Virus record (IMG/VR): IMGVR_UViG_3300048917_000249
Span: 1-47,747 of that record
Source of the DNA: a virus
DNA: 47,747 nucleotides
Direction: 5' to 3' (one strand)
Shown here: in pieces, positions 8,193 through 16,916 of the stretch
Position numbering within the stretch: the stretch's first letter is position 1
Layout: every line of letters starts with the position of its first letter
Made by a program: the position numbers and the translations under genes
The notes under the pieces: model-generated
The model's input: the letters and a program-made list of their open reading frames with translations, nothing else
Databases searched by the model: none
What the model was told of the DNA's origin: nothing

Positions 8193-8221
8193 TTGCCTGC
8201 TCAAAAATGTTGGGATAATGC
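8193..8221 (+). promoter_or_regulatory. sigma70-like promoter (TTGCCT-17-TAATGC) driving the Cro-like gene; the transcript would be near-leaderless
   Basis: -35 at 8193-8198 and -10 at 8216-8221. ATG 8229 lies 7 nt after the -10. It is back-to-back with the minus-strand promoter, with the -35 boxes 3 bp apart. Confidence 0.45.
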
Positions 8222-8228
8222 TGACACC

Positions 8229-8459
8229 ATGACAACTCTCAAAACCACGGCGGAAGTGATCACCGCGCTGGGCGGCATCGACGCGATGTCGGAGCTGACC
8301 GGCACATCGATCAACGGCGTCTACAACTGGCGGGCAGATAAGCAATTCCCGGCAGATACTTACCGACTGATCAAGGACGAACTCATGGATATCGGCGCCG
8401 ATGCGCCCGACTACCTATGGCCGATGCGTGTCCCACCCAAGAGAAGGAAAGCAAGATGA
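8229..8459 (+). CDS. Cro/YdaS-like HTH regulator (76 aa)
   Basis: MTTLKTTAEVITALGGIDAMSELTGTSINGVYNWRADKQFP is a Cro/YdaS-type HTH pattern. It is the first gene of the rightward block. Confidence 0.6.
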   Translation: MTTLKTTAEVITALGGIDAMSELTGTSINGVYNWRADKQFPADTYRLIKDELMDIGADAPDYLWPMRVPPKRRKAR

Positions 8460-8776
8460 ATGAACAAGCCGAAACATTGAAGAAACTGGCCAACGAACTG
8501 ACCGAACCATCGACGCAGTCGCTGGCAGTGGCCGACCAGGTCATCAACCGAGCCGCGGCCGCGATGGCCGATGTCCATGCCCACGCCATGTCGCGCGTGA
8601 CGGGAATGCGCGAACAGCTGGATTCGCTGGAGAAAACCATCATCGAAGCCCGGGCCCGGGCCGAGGCGCATATGTCGACATTCATGCGCCTGGTCACCGA
8701 AGGCGAAGAGACGATCCGCGCCATGGAGATCGCGGTCGCGCGTGTTGAGGACCATGTGATCGGAGGGCCGCAGTGA
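8456..8776 (+). CDS. hypothetical coiled-coil protein (106 aa)
   Basis: ATG 8456 overlaps the upstream TGA (ATGA), with gagaaggaaa upstream. Confidence 0.6.
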   Translation: MNEQAETLKKLANELTEPSTQSLAVADQVINRAAAAMADVHAHAMSRVTGMREQLDSLEKTIIEARARAEAHMSTFMRLVTEGEETIRAMEIAVARVEDHVIGGPQ

Positions 8777-8988
8777 TGGCCTGGAAACCAGAGGTGCGCG
8801 TCGTCAATGATGATCGCTGGTATGACAACGCTATTAGATGCGAAACCGAAGCCGAAGCCGAGGCCTATGCCCGCGACCTGTTGCACCGCTGGACCTCGGC
8901 TCGGGAATCCCGCGCTGTCGAATGCGAAGATCCGGTGAACGGCAAGTGGGTCAACGGCAAATGGCAATGGAATGAGGACGTGCGCTGA
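8776..8988 (+). CDS. hypothetical protein (70 aa)
   Basis: ATG 8776 overlaps the upstream TGA, with GGAGGG 8 nt upstream. Confidence 0.6.
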   Translation: MAWKPEVRVVNDDRWYDNAIRCETEAEAEAYARDLLHRWTSARESRAVECEDPVNGKWVNGKWQWNEDVR

Positions 8989-9545
8989 TGCGCGTGCTGG
9001 TGGCCTGCGAGTTCAGCGGCATAGTCCGCAGCGCCTTCCGCCAGCGCGGCCACGATGCATGGTCCTGCGACCTGTTGCCGGCCGAGGATGGCGACTTTCA
9101 TCATCTGCAATGCGATGTCAGGGATATCATGACGCGGCCGGGCTGGGATCTGATGATCGCGCACCCGCCCTGCACCCACCTCGCCGTCAGCGGCGCCCGG
9201 TGGTTCAAGGACAAGCCGAAGGAGCAGGCTGACGCGCTCGCTTTCGTGCGGACCCTGCTCGACGCGCCGGTGCCGCGCATCGCGCTGGAGAACCCGATCA
9301 GCATCATCTCGTCGCGAATCCGCAAGCCAGACCAGATCATCCAGCCGTGGATGTTCGGCCACGGCGAGGTCAAGGCGACCTGTCTCTGGCTCAAGAATCT
9401 TCCGGCGCTGGCGCCGGCCGCCGTCGTCGACGGCCGCAAGCCGCGGGTGCATTTCGTGTCACCCGGCCCGGATCGGTGGAAAGCGCGCAGCCGGACACTA
9501 CCGGGCATCGCTGCCGCCATGGCAGACCAGTGGGGGAGAGCATGA
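8988..9545 (+). CDS. short C5-cytosine DNA methyltransferase-like protein
   Basis: VACEFSG (motif I-like), AHPPCTHLAVSG (PC motif IV-like), ALENP (ENV motif-like). No obvious target-recognition domain at 185 aa. Confidence 0.5.
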   Translation: MRVLVACEFSGIVRSAFRQRGHDAWSCDLLPAEDGDFHHLQCDVRDIMTRPGWDLMIAHPPCTHLAVSGARWFKDKPKEQADALAFVRTLLDAPVPRIALENPISIISSRIRKPDQIIQPWMFGHGEVKATCLWLKNLPALAPAAVVDGRKPRVHFVSPGPDRWKARSRTLPGIAAAMADQWGRA

Positions 9546-10105
9546 GCCAACCCTGGACCCACACCGCCGGCGCCAAAGCCTATCCACGCATCAATGAACA
9601 TTACGTAGAGCCGAGTTGGGTAAGTGAGCGGCTGTTTGAAGAGGAAACATTCATCGGTGGGGTGTTCGATCCCGCTTGTGGGTTCGGCCGCATCGTGGAA
9701 TCGGCAGTCGAACATGGGCTGGATGCGTACGGTTCAGATATCGTCGATCGTGGCAACGGTTACCCGATCGCAAATTTTTTCGATACCACCGATATGCACG
9801 ACAGTGTTGTGTCAAACCCTCCCTTTGACGTCTTCGAGAAGTTCGCTATCCGCGCGCTGACGCTGGCCCGCGACAAGGTGGCACTGATCATGCCGACCGC
9901 ACGGCTCAACGCCGCGCATTGGTTAGAAGAAACACCGCTGCGGCGCGTCTGGTTGTTGACCCCGCGGCCGTCGATGCCGCCGGGCCATGTCATCACGAAC
10001 AAGGGCAAGGTGGGTGGCGGCAAAAGCGACTACTGTTGGATTGTTATGGAGCACGGATATAGTGGCAAACCAGAGATGCAATGGTTGCACCGGGATGAAG
10101 CGTGA
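9542..10105 (+). CDS. N6-adenine (or N4-cytosine) DNA methyltransferase
   Basis: ATGA start overlap. VFDPACGFG (AdoMet motif I) and SNPPF (motif IV). Confidence 0.7.
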   Translation: MSQPWTHTAGAKAYPRINEHYVEPSWVSERLFEEETFIGGVFDPACGFGRIVESAVEHGLDAYGSDIVDRGNGYPIANFFDTTDMHDSVVSNPPFDVFEKFAIRALTLARDKVALIMPTARLNAAHWLEETPLRRVWLLTPRPSMPPGHVITNKGKVGGGKSDYCWIVMEHGYSGKPEMQWLHRDEA

Positions 10106-10106
10106 G

Positions 10107-10376
10107 ATGAAATCAAAACGTAAGCGACAAACCAAGAGGTCCACCATGCACAAGGAGCCTGGCCTACGTTTTGTTTATCTAACCCTCCCCGAAAACGAAG
10201 ACCCCATCCTCAATCTCAACGACGGCACCAAACACATCCGGTACAGGGTTACCCGCGATCAGCTGTTCGATCTCAACAAGCAGATCGCGGACACCTTGGT
10301 AAATCACAAGATCAGCGACAAGAACGCTTTCGATGAGCAATTGGTGCTGAACCTGGAGAAAGCTGCTAATCTATAG
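10107..10376 (+). CDS. hypothetical protein with a basic N-terminus, AT-richer gene
   Basis: Track ORF 9987..10376. ATG 10107 follows the upstream stop directly (ATG 10095 is also possible). It is convergent with the helicase gene, 4 nt apart. Confidence 0.5.
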   Translation: MKSKRKRQTKRSTMHKEPGLRFVYLTLPENEDPILNLNDGTKHIRYRVTRDQLFDLNKQIADTLVNHKISDKNAFDEQLVLNLEKAANL

Positions 10377-10380
10377 ATGC

Positions 10381-11778
10381 TTAGACGTCCTCCTTTACTC
10401 CTTGATGACGGCGCAGATAGCCCTCGAACGCTTGCTGCGCCGTCATCTTTTTATGCACGCGATCGATCTTCATCTGGTCGACAGTGCCATCGGCTACGCA
10501 GACGCGGACCACCACCGGCTTGATCTGCCCGGAACGATGCAGCCTGGCGATCGTTTGTTCCCACAATTCTGGCGACCAGGTGGGGCTGACCCATGCCATG
10601 TCGCAACCGCCGAACTGGAGATTCAGGCCGTGGCCGCCTGATGCCGGATGGATTGCCATGAACGGCAGCTTGCCTTCATTCCAGCGGGTGATGTTGTGAT
10701 CAGATGTTTTGTCGGTGATCCCCTCACCGAGGTACGGCAGATCTTCGCCAATGAGCCGGCGCAGCATTCGCAAGTCCTCGCGATATTCATAGACGAACAG
10801 CACCGGCCCCGCGGCACTGTCGATGATATCCTGCGCCCACTCCTCCTTCTCCGAGTGGATGGCAGCAGTCGTACCATCGTCGTAGACGAATCCGTTGGCG
10901 ATCTGAGCGAGCTTGCCCGTTGCCACCGCAGCGGACGAGGCGAGGACCGTCTCATCGCCATTACGAAGCAGCAGATGCTCTTCCATGTCATTGTATTGCT
11001 TACGGGCGCTGGCCGGCAGTGTGATCCGGTCAAACAGGATCGAAAGCTCTGGCAGCTGCGGCAGCTCGTCGTCGCGCAAGGTGACGCACAGCGGTGCGAT
11101 TTCCTTGTGGATCAATTCCTCCGCTCCCGGCAGCGGCGCCCACTGGTAGCCCTGGTAGTCAACCGGATAGAACCGCGCCTTACGCCAGCTATAAAACGAC
11201 CGGCCCCAAATTTTTCCGCGGGTTATCACCGTGGCCGGCATAAACAGATCGGCGACACCGGACGGCCGTAGCGTTCCGGTCAGGCCCCAGATCATGCGCC
11301 ACCGCTTGGCGTGTCGGAGCAGCATCCGAGCTCGCACACCGGAGGGATCGCGCAACTTCGACACCTCGTCGATGATCAGCAGATCAAACAAAGGATGGTC
11401 ATCGGGGTATTTGGTCAGCTCCGACAACAACCAATCGACGACGTCGATGCCGAGAATGTTGATCTTAAACACGGTGGAGTCGGCCAGCATGTCGGCACGC
11501 TGCCGTGGCGTGCCGGTGATCACCTGGTAGGTCAGCCCGGCGGTGTGCGCCCACAGCTTGATCTCGTCCGGCCATACCATCCTGGCAACACGCTTCGGTG
11601 CGATCACCAGGACGTTGCGAACATGCTTGTCGCGGATCAGCTCCTCGATCGCGGTCAGCGCCGCGATGGTCTTGCCGCCGCCCGGCCGCGCCACCGCGAT
11701 CTTCTCATCATTCTCATAGAGTGCGCTGGCGATGCGGTTCTGGTAGGGGCGTAACTCTGATTTAAGTCTCACCTTCAT
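10381..11778 (-). CDS. SNF2/DEAD-like superfamily-2 helicase
   Basis: RPYQ...ARPGGGKT (motif I), LLIIDEVSKL (motif II), HRSGQ (motif VI). The start is uncertain (ATG 11778, 11787 or 11793). Confidence 0.85.
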   Translation of the reverse strand: MKVRLKSELRPYQNRIASALYENDEKIAVARPGGGKTIAALTAIEELIRDKHVRNVLVIAPKRVARMVWPDEIKLWAHTAGLTYQVITGTPRQRADMLADSTVFKINILGIDVVDWLLSELTKYPDDHPLFDLLIIDEVSKLRDPSGVRARMLLRHAKRWRMIWGLTGTLRPSGVADLFMPATVITRGKIWGRSFYSWRKARFYPVDYQGYQWAPLPGAEELIHKEIAPLCVTLRDDELPQLPELSILFDRITLPASARKQYNDMEEHLLLRNGDETVLASSAAVATGKLAQIANGFVYDDGTTAAIHSEKEEWAQDIIDSAAGPVLFVYEYREDLRMLRRLIGEDLPYLGEGITDKTSDHNITRWNEGKLPFMAIHPASGGHGLNLQFGGCDMAWVSPTWSPELWEQTIARLHRSGQIKPVVVRVCVADGTVDQMKIDRVHKKMTAQQAFEGYLRRHQGVKEDV

Positions 11779-12085
11779 GCACCTCATCTTCATCAGCTGG
11801 ATCTGGTTCGTTTGGCTCAAAATCTACATCGTCGTTGGTAGGTACCTGTGACCAATCGTGGGTACCGTCAGATTCCAATATCTCTACAACAGCATCGATA
11901 ATGGACTCGGACACCAAACCACCAAACTGATGCTCAAGCTCTTCACGGGCATCGCAAGGGCCGCCCCAGATGTAAACGTATTCACCCTCATCATGCGGAC
12001 AGCTCTCGGCCGGATCTTCGTACCGACATAAAAACCAACTGGTCATATGTTTAATGATCGAAGCCCTATCTAAGGTATCGCTCAT
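11762..12085 (-). CDS. highly acidic hypothetical protein (107 aa)
   Basis: ATG 12085 overlaps the upstream TGA (ATGA). The C-terminus is NDDVDFEPNEPDPADEDEVHEGET. Confidence 0.6.
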   Translation of the reverse strand: MSDTLDRASIIKHMTSWFLCRYEDPAESCPHDEGEYVYIWGGPCDAREELEHQFGGLVSESIIDAVVEILESDGTHDWSQVPTNDDVDFEPNEPDPADEDEVHEGET

Positions 12086-12510
12086 ATCGCACCTGCCCTT
12101 CTCGCTAGATCCTGAAGCCACATCCATTGCCTGTCAGAAAACTGCACCGATCCGTAGATTTGCGCGCGGTCGACCATGGCGGCTAAGAACTGCCGGGCTT
12201 TGTTATTAAGCGGGCTCCGCAGGATCAGATGCACCAGCGCCTTCAGCTCCTCGGCCGACATGCTTTGCTGTCGGCCGGTCGGATACGATTTCGCTTGGCG
12301 TGGTGGCGGCTTTGGCGCCGATCGCGCCGCCTGGCCGATCGAGCCCACAATGTCATGCCAGTCCAGGCCGTGGCGCTTGAGCAGGCCGGTGATGCGGCCG
12401 GCGGCCGCGGCGCTCTCGCCCTCATTGACCGAGCCGAGCACCAGCATCAGCTTGTTGAGCTGGTCGCGGATCTCCGGCGGGATCGGCCGGGTTGCGGTGT
12501 AGGGAGGCAT
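12082..12510 (-). CDS. hypothetical protein with a DUF2786-like N-terminus
   Basis: DQLNKLMLVLGSVNEGESAAAAGRITGLLKRHGLDWHDI resembles the DUF2786 helix pair common in phage replication modules. Confidence 0.55.
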   Translation of the reverse strand: MPPYTATRPIPPEIRDQLNKLMLVLGSVNEGESAAAAGRITGLLKRHGLDWHDIVGSIGQAARSAPKPPPRQAKSYPTGRQQSMSAEELKALVHLILRSPLNNKARQFLAAMVDRAQIYGSVQFSDRQWMWLQDLARRAGAI

Positions 12511-12511
12511 C

Positions 12512-14668
12512 TCACTCAGCCTCCAACTTGGAATAATATGGCTGAATAGTTTCCTCAGACATCAACGGCAGGCCTTCGGACCAGTCGAAGCCCTGGCGCA
12601 TCACCCGGCGCAACGAAGCGACATACTCCTGCGCATGCTCCTCCGGGCATTCGCACAGCACCTCATCGTGCGAATGCAAACGGACGTGGAAGTCCTGGTC
12701 CTCGCAACGCACCAGAGTGCCGCGCAGCAGGTCAGCGGCGGTCGCCTGGACGATATTTTCACAGAGCGTGCCATGCCAGATGTGCGACCGGGTGCGGCCC
12801 TTCCAGAAGCGCAGCTGGGTCTGGACGTCGACGACCTTGTCGTCGTCGTCCAGGATGTTGACCCGCTCGTACTTGATACCCCTGTAGGCCAGGCAGCGGC
12901 CGGACGGCAGCTGGCAATACAGCGTGCCGCCGAGCACCTGCTTCAGGTAGACGTAGGACACCCGGCCAGCCTCGAACGTGGCGCCGGGCGCCTCCAGCGC
13001 CTTGTTGACGGCGCCCCATAACCCATAGGAAGTATCCGCATCGTGCTTACCCCAGAACCGAACACACCAAGGATTGGCCTTACGCCACCGATCGACCACA
13101 TCCTTGGCCTCGGACGCGGGCAGATAAAGCCCGTAGTTGGCGCCCATGGCGGCCAGCGCGCCGACCCCGCCGCCGAATCCCAGAGCCAATTCAGCGACTT
13201 TGCCGCGCTGCCGTAACGCTTTGGTGATTTCGGTAACGGCTAGACCGGACATCGCCGCGGCCGACCGGGTGTACAGATCCGGCAGAGAGGGATCGTTATC
13301 GATGTCGCGGAAGATCTGCAGCCGCGCCAGGGCGCCCTTACTCTCAGGACCAACCAGCCACGGCAATACTCTTGCCTCAATCTGGCTGAAGTCGCTGACC
13401 ACGAACTGATTCGTTCCCTTGGGAACAAAGGTGGGCCGAATCAGCAACGCCAGCTTGCGGACCACTGGCGTGTTATCGCCCAGCGCGGCGAATTCGTTAT
13501 AATTGGCGCCGTTGAGGATGGCCTCGATCGCATCGTGCTCGTAAGGCAAGAAGCTCCGCGTCAGGTTCTGGATCTGGACGCCGCGGGAACTGGCGCGGCC
13601 GGTTTGCGGCGCACCATTGAAGACATATTGCCCATAAATGGTGTCGTCGACCTGCTGGGTCAGGATCTTCTTGTACTTGGCCGGCGTGGTTGACCCGCCG
13701 TACAGCCGGATCTGCAGCGCGCGCTCGGCAACCTGCATGCCGCAATCACGGCAGTAGGGAATCAGTTTCTCAATACGCGATCGGGTTAGGCTGTATTTAG
13801 CCGGACGGGTAACAGTGCCATATTCATCCTCTTCCTCCTCCCGCTTCAGGATGATGTTGCGGCCATCGGTATTGGGCGCAGTCTCCATCTGATCGAGCAG
13901 CCATTTGGTCAACAACTTGACCTGACCTACGGTGGCGACCGCGCCGCCGGTCAACTCTTGCAGCTCCTCGTTGCTGCGCCACTTGGCGTCATTGGCGAGG
14001 CTGTTGGCCTTGCGGGCAAACTTACGATCGATGCCGATGCCGCGATCGTTGATCTGCTCCATAGCCCAATACTCTTTCCACTCGCGCAGCGGCAATTGCC
14101 GGGTCCGCAGGAAGAGCGAGCGCATGGCCTCGATGTCGCCGATCGCGTAATTGCAGAACTGCATCCACTGGATCGGATGTGTTTGCGGCGTACCGACAGA
14201 TTTGGGCTCGCAGAACAACCCGATAAGCTTCTTGCCATCCTCGACCTTGTGGATGCTGCCGGAGGCCTGACAGGCGCCGGCCAGGTCGGGCGGCAGGCCG
14301 GCCGCGGTGGCCTGCACCGACGGGTCGATAATCATGTCGGGGCGGATTTTAGGGGCATCAATCAGGGTGCAATTCCAGATCGAGCGGTCAAAACCGGCGT
14401 TGAACGCCGCGAACATGCCGCGGCCGTTCAAGGCGCGACCGTAATAGTCCGTGAAATCCAGTGGGATGTGCTGCCAGCACATCGGCCGGCCGGGCTCCGG
14501 CGCGGTGACAATCTGCACCGGGCCGCGGCCGATCGCATAGGTCAGTATTATTGCCGCAGCCTTCGGATCGCAAGCGTAGCGCACGGCGCCGGCGTCCTGG
14601 AGATCGACGCCGCTCCGGGTTTCAAAATCAAAAAAGCAGATGTGGTCTGGATTGAAGGTGGCGGACAT
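12512..14668 (-). CDS. family-A DNA polymerase with a 3'-5' exonuclease domain
   Basis: FFDFETRS (ExoI), VVSDFSQIEARVL (motif A), RQRGKVAELALGFGGG (motif B), LHSHDEVLCE (motif C). Confidence 0.9.
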   Translation of the reverse strand: MSATFNPDHICFFDFETRSGVDLQDAGAVRYACDPKAAAIILTYAIGRGPVQIVTAPEPGRPMCWQHIPLDFTDYYGRALNGRGMFAAFNAGFDRSIWNCTLIDAPKIRPDMIIDPSVQATAAGLPPDLAGACQASGSIHKVEDGKKLIGLFCEPKSVGTPQTHPIQWMQFCNYAIGDIEAMRSLFLRTRQLPLREWKEYWAMEQINDRGIGIDRKFARKANSLANDAKWRSNEELQELTGGAVATVGQVKLLTKWLLDQMETAPNTDGRNIILKREEEEDEYGTVTRPAKYSLTRSRIEKLIPYCRDCGMQVAERALQIRLYGGSTTPAKYKKILTQQVDDTIYGQYVFNGAPQTGRASSRGVQIQNLTRSFLPYEHDAIEAILNGANYNEFAALGDNTPVVRKLALLIRPTFVPKGTNQFVVSDFSQIEARVLPWLVGPESKGALARLQIFRDIDNDPSLPDLYTRSAAAMSGLAVTEITKALRQRGKVAELALGFGGGVGALAAMGANYGLYLPASEAKDVVDRWRKANPWCVRFWGKHDADTSYGLWGAVNKALEAPGATFEAGRVSYVYLKQVLGGTLYCQLPSGRCLAYRGIKYERVNILDDDDKVVDVQTQLRFWKGRTRSHIWHGTLCENIVQATAADLLRGTLVRCEDQDFHVRLHSHDEVLCECPEEHAQEYVASLRRVMRQGFDWSEGLPLMSEETIQPYYSKLEAE

Positions 14669-14691
14669 GGTGGTGACGTCCTGTGGTGGTG

Positions 14692-14743
14692 CCCAGGCCC
14701 CGAATAAGGGGCCTGGGGGAGATGCAGGGGAGATGTAGGGGAG
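14692..14743 (-). promoter_or_regulatory. GC-rich hairpin plus 2.5 x 11-nt tandem repeat between the 14744 gene and the polymerase gene
   Basis: cccaggcccc-gaataa-ggggcctggg (14692-14717), then ggggagatgca / ggggagatgta / ggggag (14716-14743). There is no U-tract. Confidence 0.4.
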
Positions 14744-15538
14744 TTAGGCCACAGCCGGCCGGCGACGCTGCGCCCGCGGCGGCGGCGAATTCACCGGCTC
14801 GAGCTTGTCGTCCGCCGGCTCCTGCACCGGCGCCTCCTCGACCAGCGCCGGCTTACGGGGCCGGGCCGTGGTCGCGGCCGGCGTCGAACCCATGTCCTTG
14901 GGCAGCGCCGGCACCGGACCATTCGACTTCAAGTTGCCCTGAAGGTCGGACCAATCCACGACTTCAAAGATCGGGTTGTGGATCCAGCCATAATCGCTGT
15001 GCTTATATTTTTCCGACTTGAACATGATCACCGGGCAGGGGAAGGCGCGATCGGTCCTCAACTGGCTCTTCACCGCATCTTCCAACTTTTTGAAGCCCTT
15101 CATGGTGCCAACGGAGCCGTTTTTGAACATCACCTCGGCGCCGGCATCCTCGCCATTCAAGCAAATTGCCTCGAACGAACGCTGCTCCTGGAACGGAAAG
15201 CCTTCGATCGGCCCAGGCTTCGACGGCTTGGGCTCGCTCATGGGCACCATCACCTCACCGAGGCGCTCGTTCTTCCGACTGCCGGGATAGTTGCTCCAGC
15301 AGATGAAGCCGTGACAGATGCTGAGAATGTTGATCAGCCAGCGCGAGCCGACCTGCATCGGCTCATCGGCCTGGCCGATGTTCCAGGTGCCGTCGTTTTT
15401 GCTGAGCTTGATCAGATCCTTGCCGCCGCCGGCCACCAGGGTGGTCGATTGGGATTCCTCAATCCCGGCCAGCAGCCGGTCGGCGAGGTCGTTCGACAGG
15501 GCTGTCGAACCAAGGGAGCGTTTGACGATATCATTCAT
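14744..15538 (-). CDS. hypothetical replication-module protein (possible ssDNA-binding/annealing protein, by position only)
   Basis: Track ORF lying between the PD-(D/E)XK nuclease and the polymerase, where SSB-type genes sit in comparable modules. No motif was recognised. Confidence 0.6.
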   Translation of the reverse strand: MNDIVKRSLGSTALSNDLADRLLAGIEESQSTTLVAGGGKDLIKLSKNDGTWNIGQADEPMQVGSRWLINILSICHGFICWSNYPGSRKNERLGEVMVPMSEPKPSKPGPIEGFPFQEQRSFEAICLNGEDAGAEVMFKNGSVGTMKGFKKLEDAVKSQLRTDRAFPCPVIMFKSEKYKHSDYGWIHNPIFEVVDWSDLQGNLKSNGPVPALPKDMGSTPAATTARPRKPALVEEAPVQEPADDKLEPVNSPPPRAQRRRPAVA

Positions 15539-15613
15539 GTTCGCGTGTCCTTATGGTTTAAGTTCTAGTGACCGGCGCAAATATCCAAAACCGGCCTGTT
15601 CATTGCAGCACAG

Positions 15614-16870
15614 CTAGGTGCCGTGGCGCAATTCCTTTAAGGCCTGGCTGAACTCCAGCGCAGCCTGTTTACGATCGATCTTCGGTGCCGGATCGCTCTC
15701 CGGCACAACCGTGGTTTCGTCAGTCTCCGGCGCGACGCGCAGGTGGTCGGGGATCTTCACGCCCAACCGTTTGGCCGCCTTGTCGGCAACCGCAAAGGTC
15801 TGCAGCTTGTGCTGCCAGATGTCGGCGTCCTTGAAGCCAAGCCCGCGCAGGGTGTCGCTAACCAGTGTGTCGTCGACCCACTGACGCAGCTTGGTCTTCA
15901 ACTTGAGCTTCCAGCCCGGCACGGTGCCGCCGGCTTCCAGGTAGGCGTGCAGCTGCTCGTCGACGGCCTTCTTGTATTCGTAGGCCATGTCGGCCAGCAC
16001 CTTGGCCTTGCCGAGGAATTCACCGTAGTCGCCATCGTCGGTGTCGACTTCCAGCGGCCGCGCCGGCGCTATACCAAGCGCGGTCAGTTCGAACAGCGGC
16101 TCGGTGTGCTTGGGGCAGAACGGTCGGGCCGGGCACCAGCGGCAGTGGTCGCCGACGCTGAGCGGCGGGTTCTTTTCCAGTGCTTCGACGATCGCCGCGT
16201 CGATGTCCTCGATGAACATGTCGACCTCGGCGCGGGTGATCGGCGTGTGCGTCAGCGAATCCTCGGTGCGCGGCTGGATCACTGCGACCGCAAAACGCTT
16301 CTTGGCAAAAACGCTGGCCGGCAGCGTGTGCATGGCGGCGGCGAAATAAAACATCAGCTGCGGGTTCACCAAGTCGCCGATCTTGTCCTGGTAGACCGCT
16401 TTGACGGGGACACCCTGGCCAAATTTCCAGTCGACCATGATGACGATTTTCTTGTTGGCAATTAACAAGTCCGTGGTGCCGAAGGCGCCGGGCACACCGG
16501 GAAACTTCACGGCCAGTTCGTTGGCGATGACGCGGAAGCCACCGCCGTAGATCCGCATCAACTCATAGAGGTTGTCGATCGCTGGAATGATGGAGTCGTC
16601 GATGTGGTGCTGCTCGATGACGCGGTCATAGAACGGATGGCCAATGGTTTCGCGTGCCAAAGCCACCATGTTGTCTATGCCGGTGGGGAAGCCGCCGAGA
16701 TAAGACGCAACAAGATGATTCATCACGGCATGCATCGCGCTGCCGTAGTTGGCGTATTCGGATGGCTGGTCGATCTGTTCTGGTATGCGCTGGATTAGTT
16801 GAAACGAACCCGGGCAGTTCAGCAGACGCTCGGCAGTAGAGCCGCCGACGATGTTAGAATGCTTGGCCAT
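15614..16870 (-). CDS. PD-(D/E)XK nuclease, DUF2800/Cas4-like, with a C-terminal Cys cluster
   Basis: ATG 16870 is preceded by AGAGGAtaac. MAKHSNIVGGSTAERLLNCPGS is a DUF2800-type N-terminus. DLLI...VDWKFGQG is the nuclease core, and CRWCPARPFC is a Cas4-like cluster. Confidence 0.75.
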   Translation of the reverse strand: MAKHSNIVGGSTAERLLNCPGSFQLIQRIPEQIDQPSEYANYGSAMHAVMNHLVASYLGGFPTGIDNMVALARETIGHPFYDRVIEQHHIDDSIIPAIDNLYELMRIYGGGFRVIANELAVKFPGVPGAFGTTDLLIANKKIVIMVDWKFGQGVPVKAVYQDKIGDLVNPQLMFYFAAAMHTLPASVFAKKRFAVAVIQPRTEDSLTHTPITRAEVDMFIEDIDAAIVEALEKNPPLSVGDHCRWCPARPFCPKHTEPLFELTALGIAPARPLEVDTDDGDYGEFLGKAKVLADMAYEYKKAVDEQLHAYLEAGGTVPGWKLKLKTKLRQWVDDTLVSDTLRGLGFKDADIWQHKLQTFAVADKAAKRLGVKIPDHLRVAPETDETTVVPESDPAPKIDRKQAALEFSQALKELRHGT

Positions 16871-16916
16871 GTTATCCTCTGTTCTGTTTGCAGCACCCGA
16901 TAGAGCACAGCACAAC

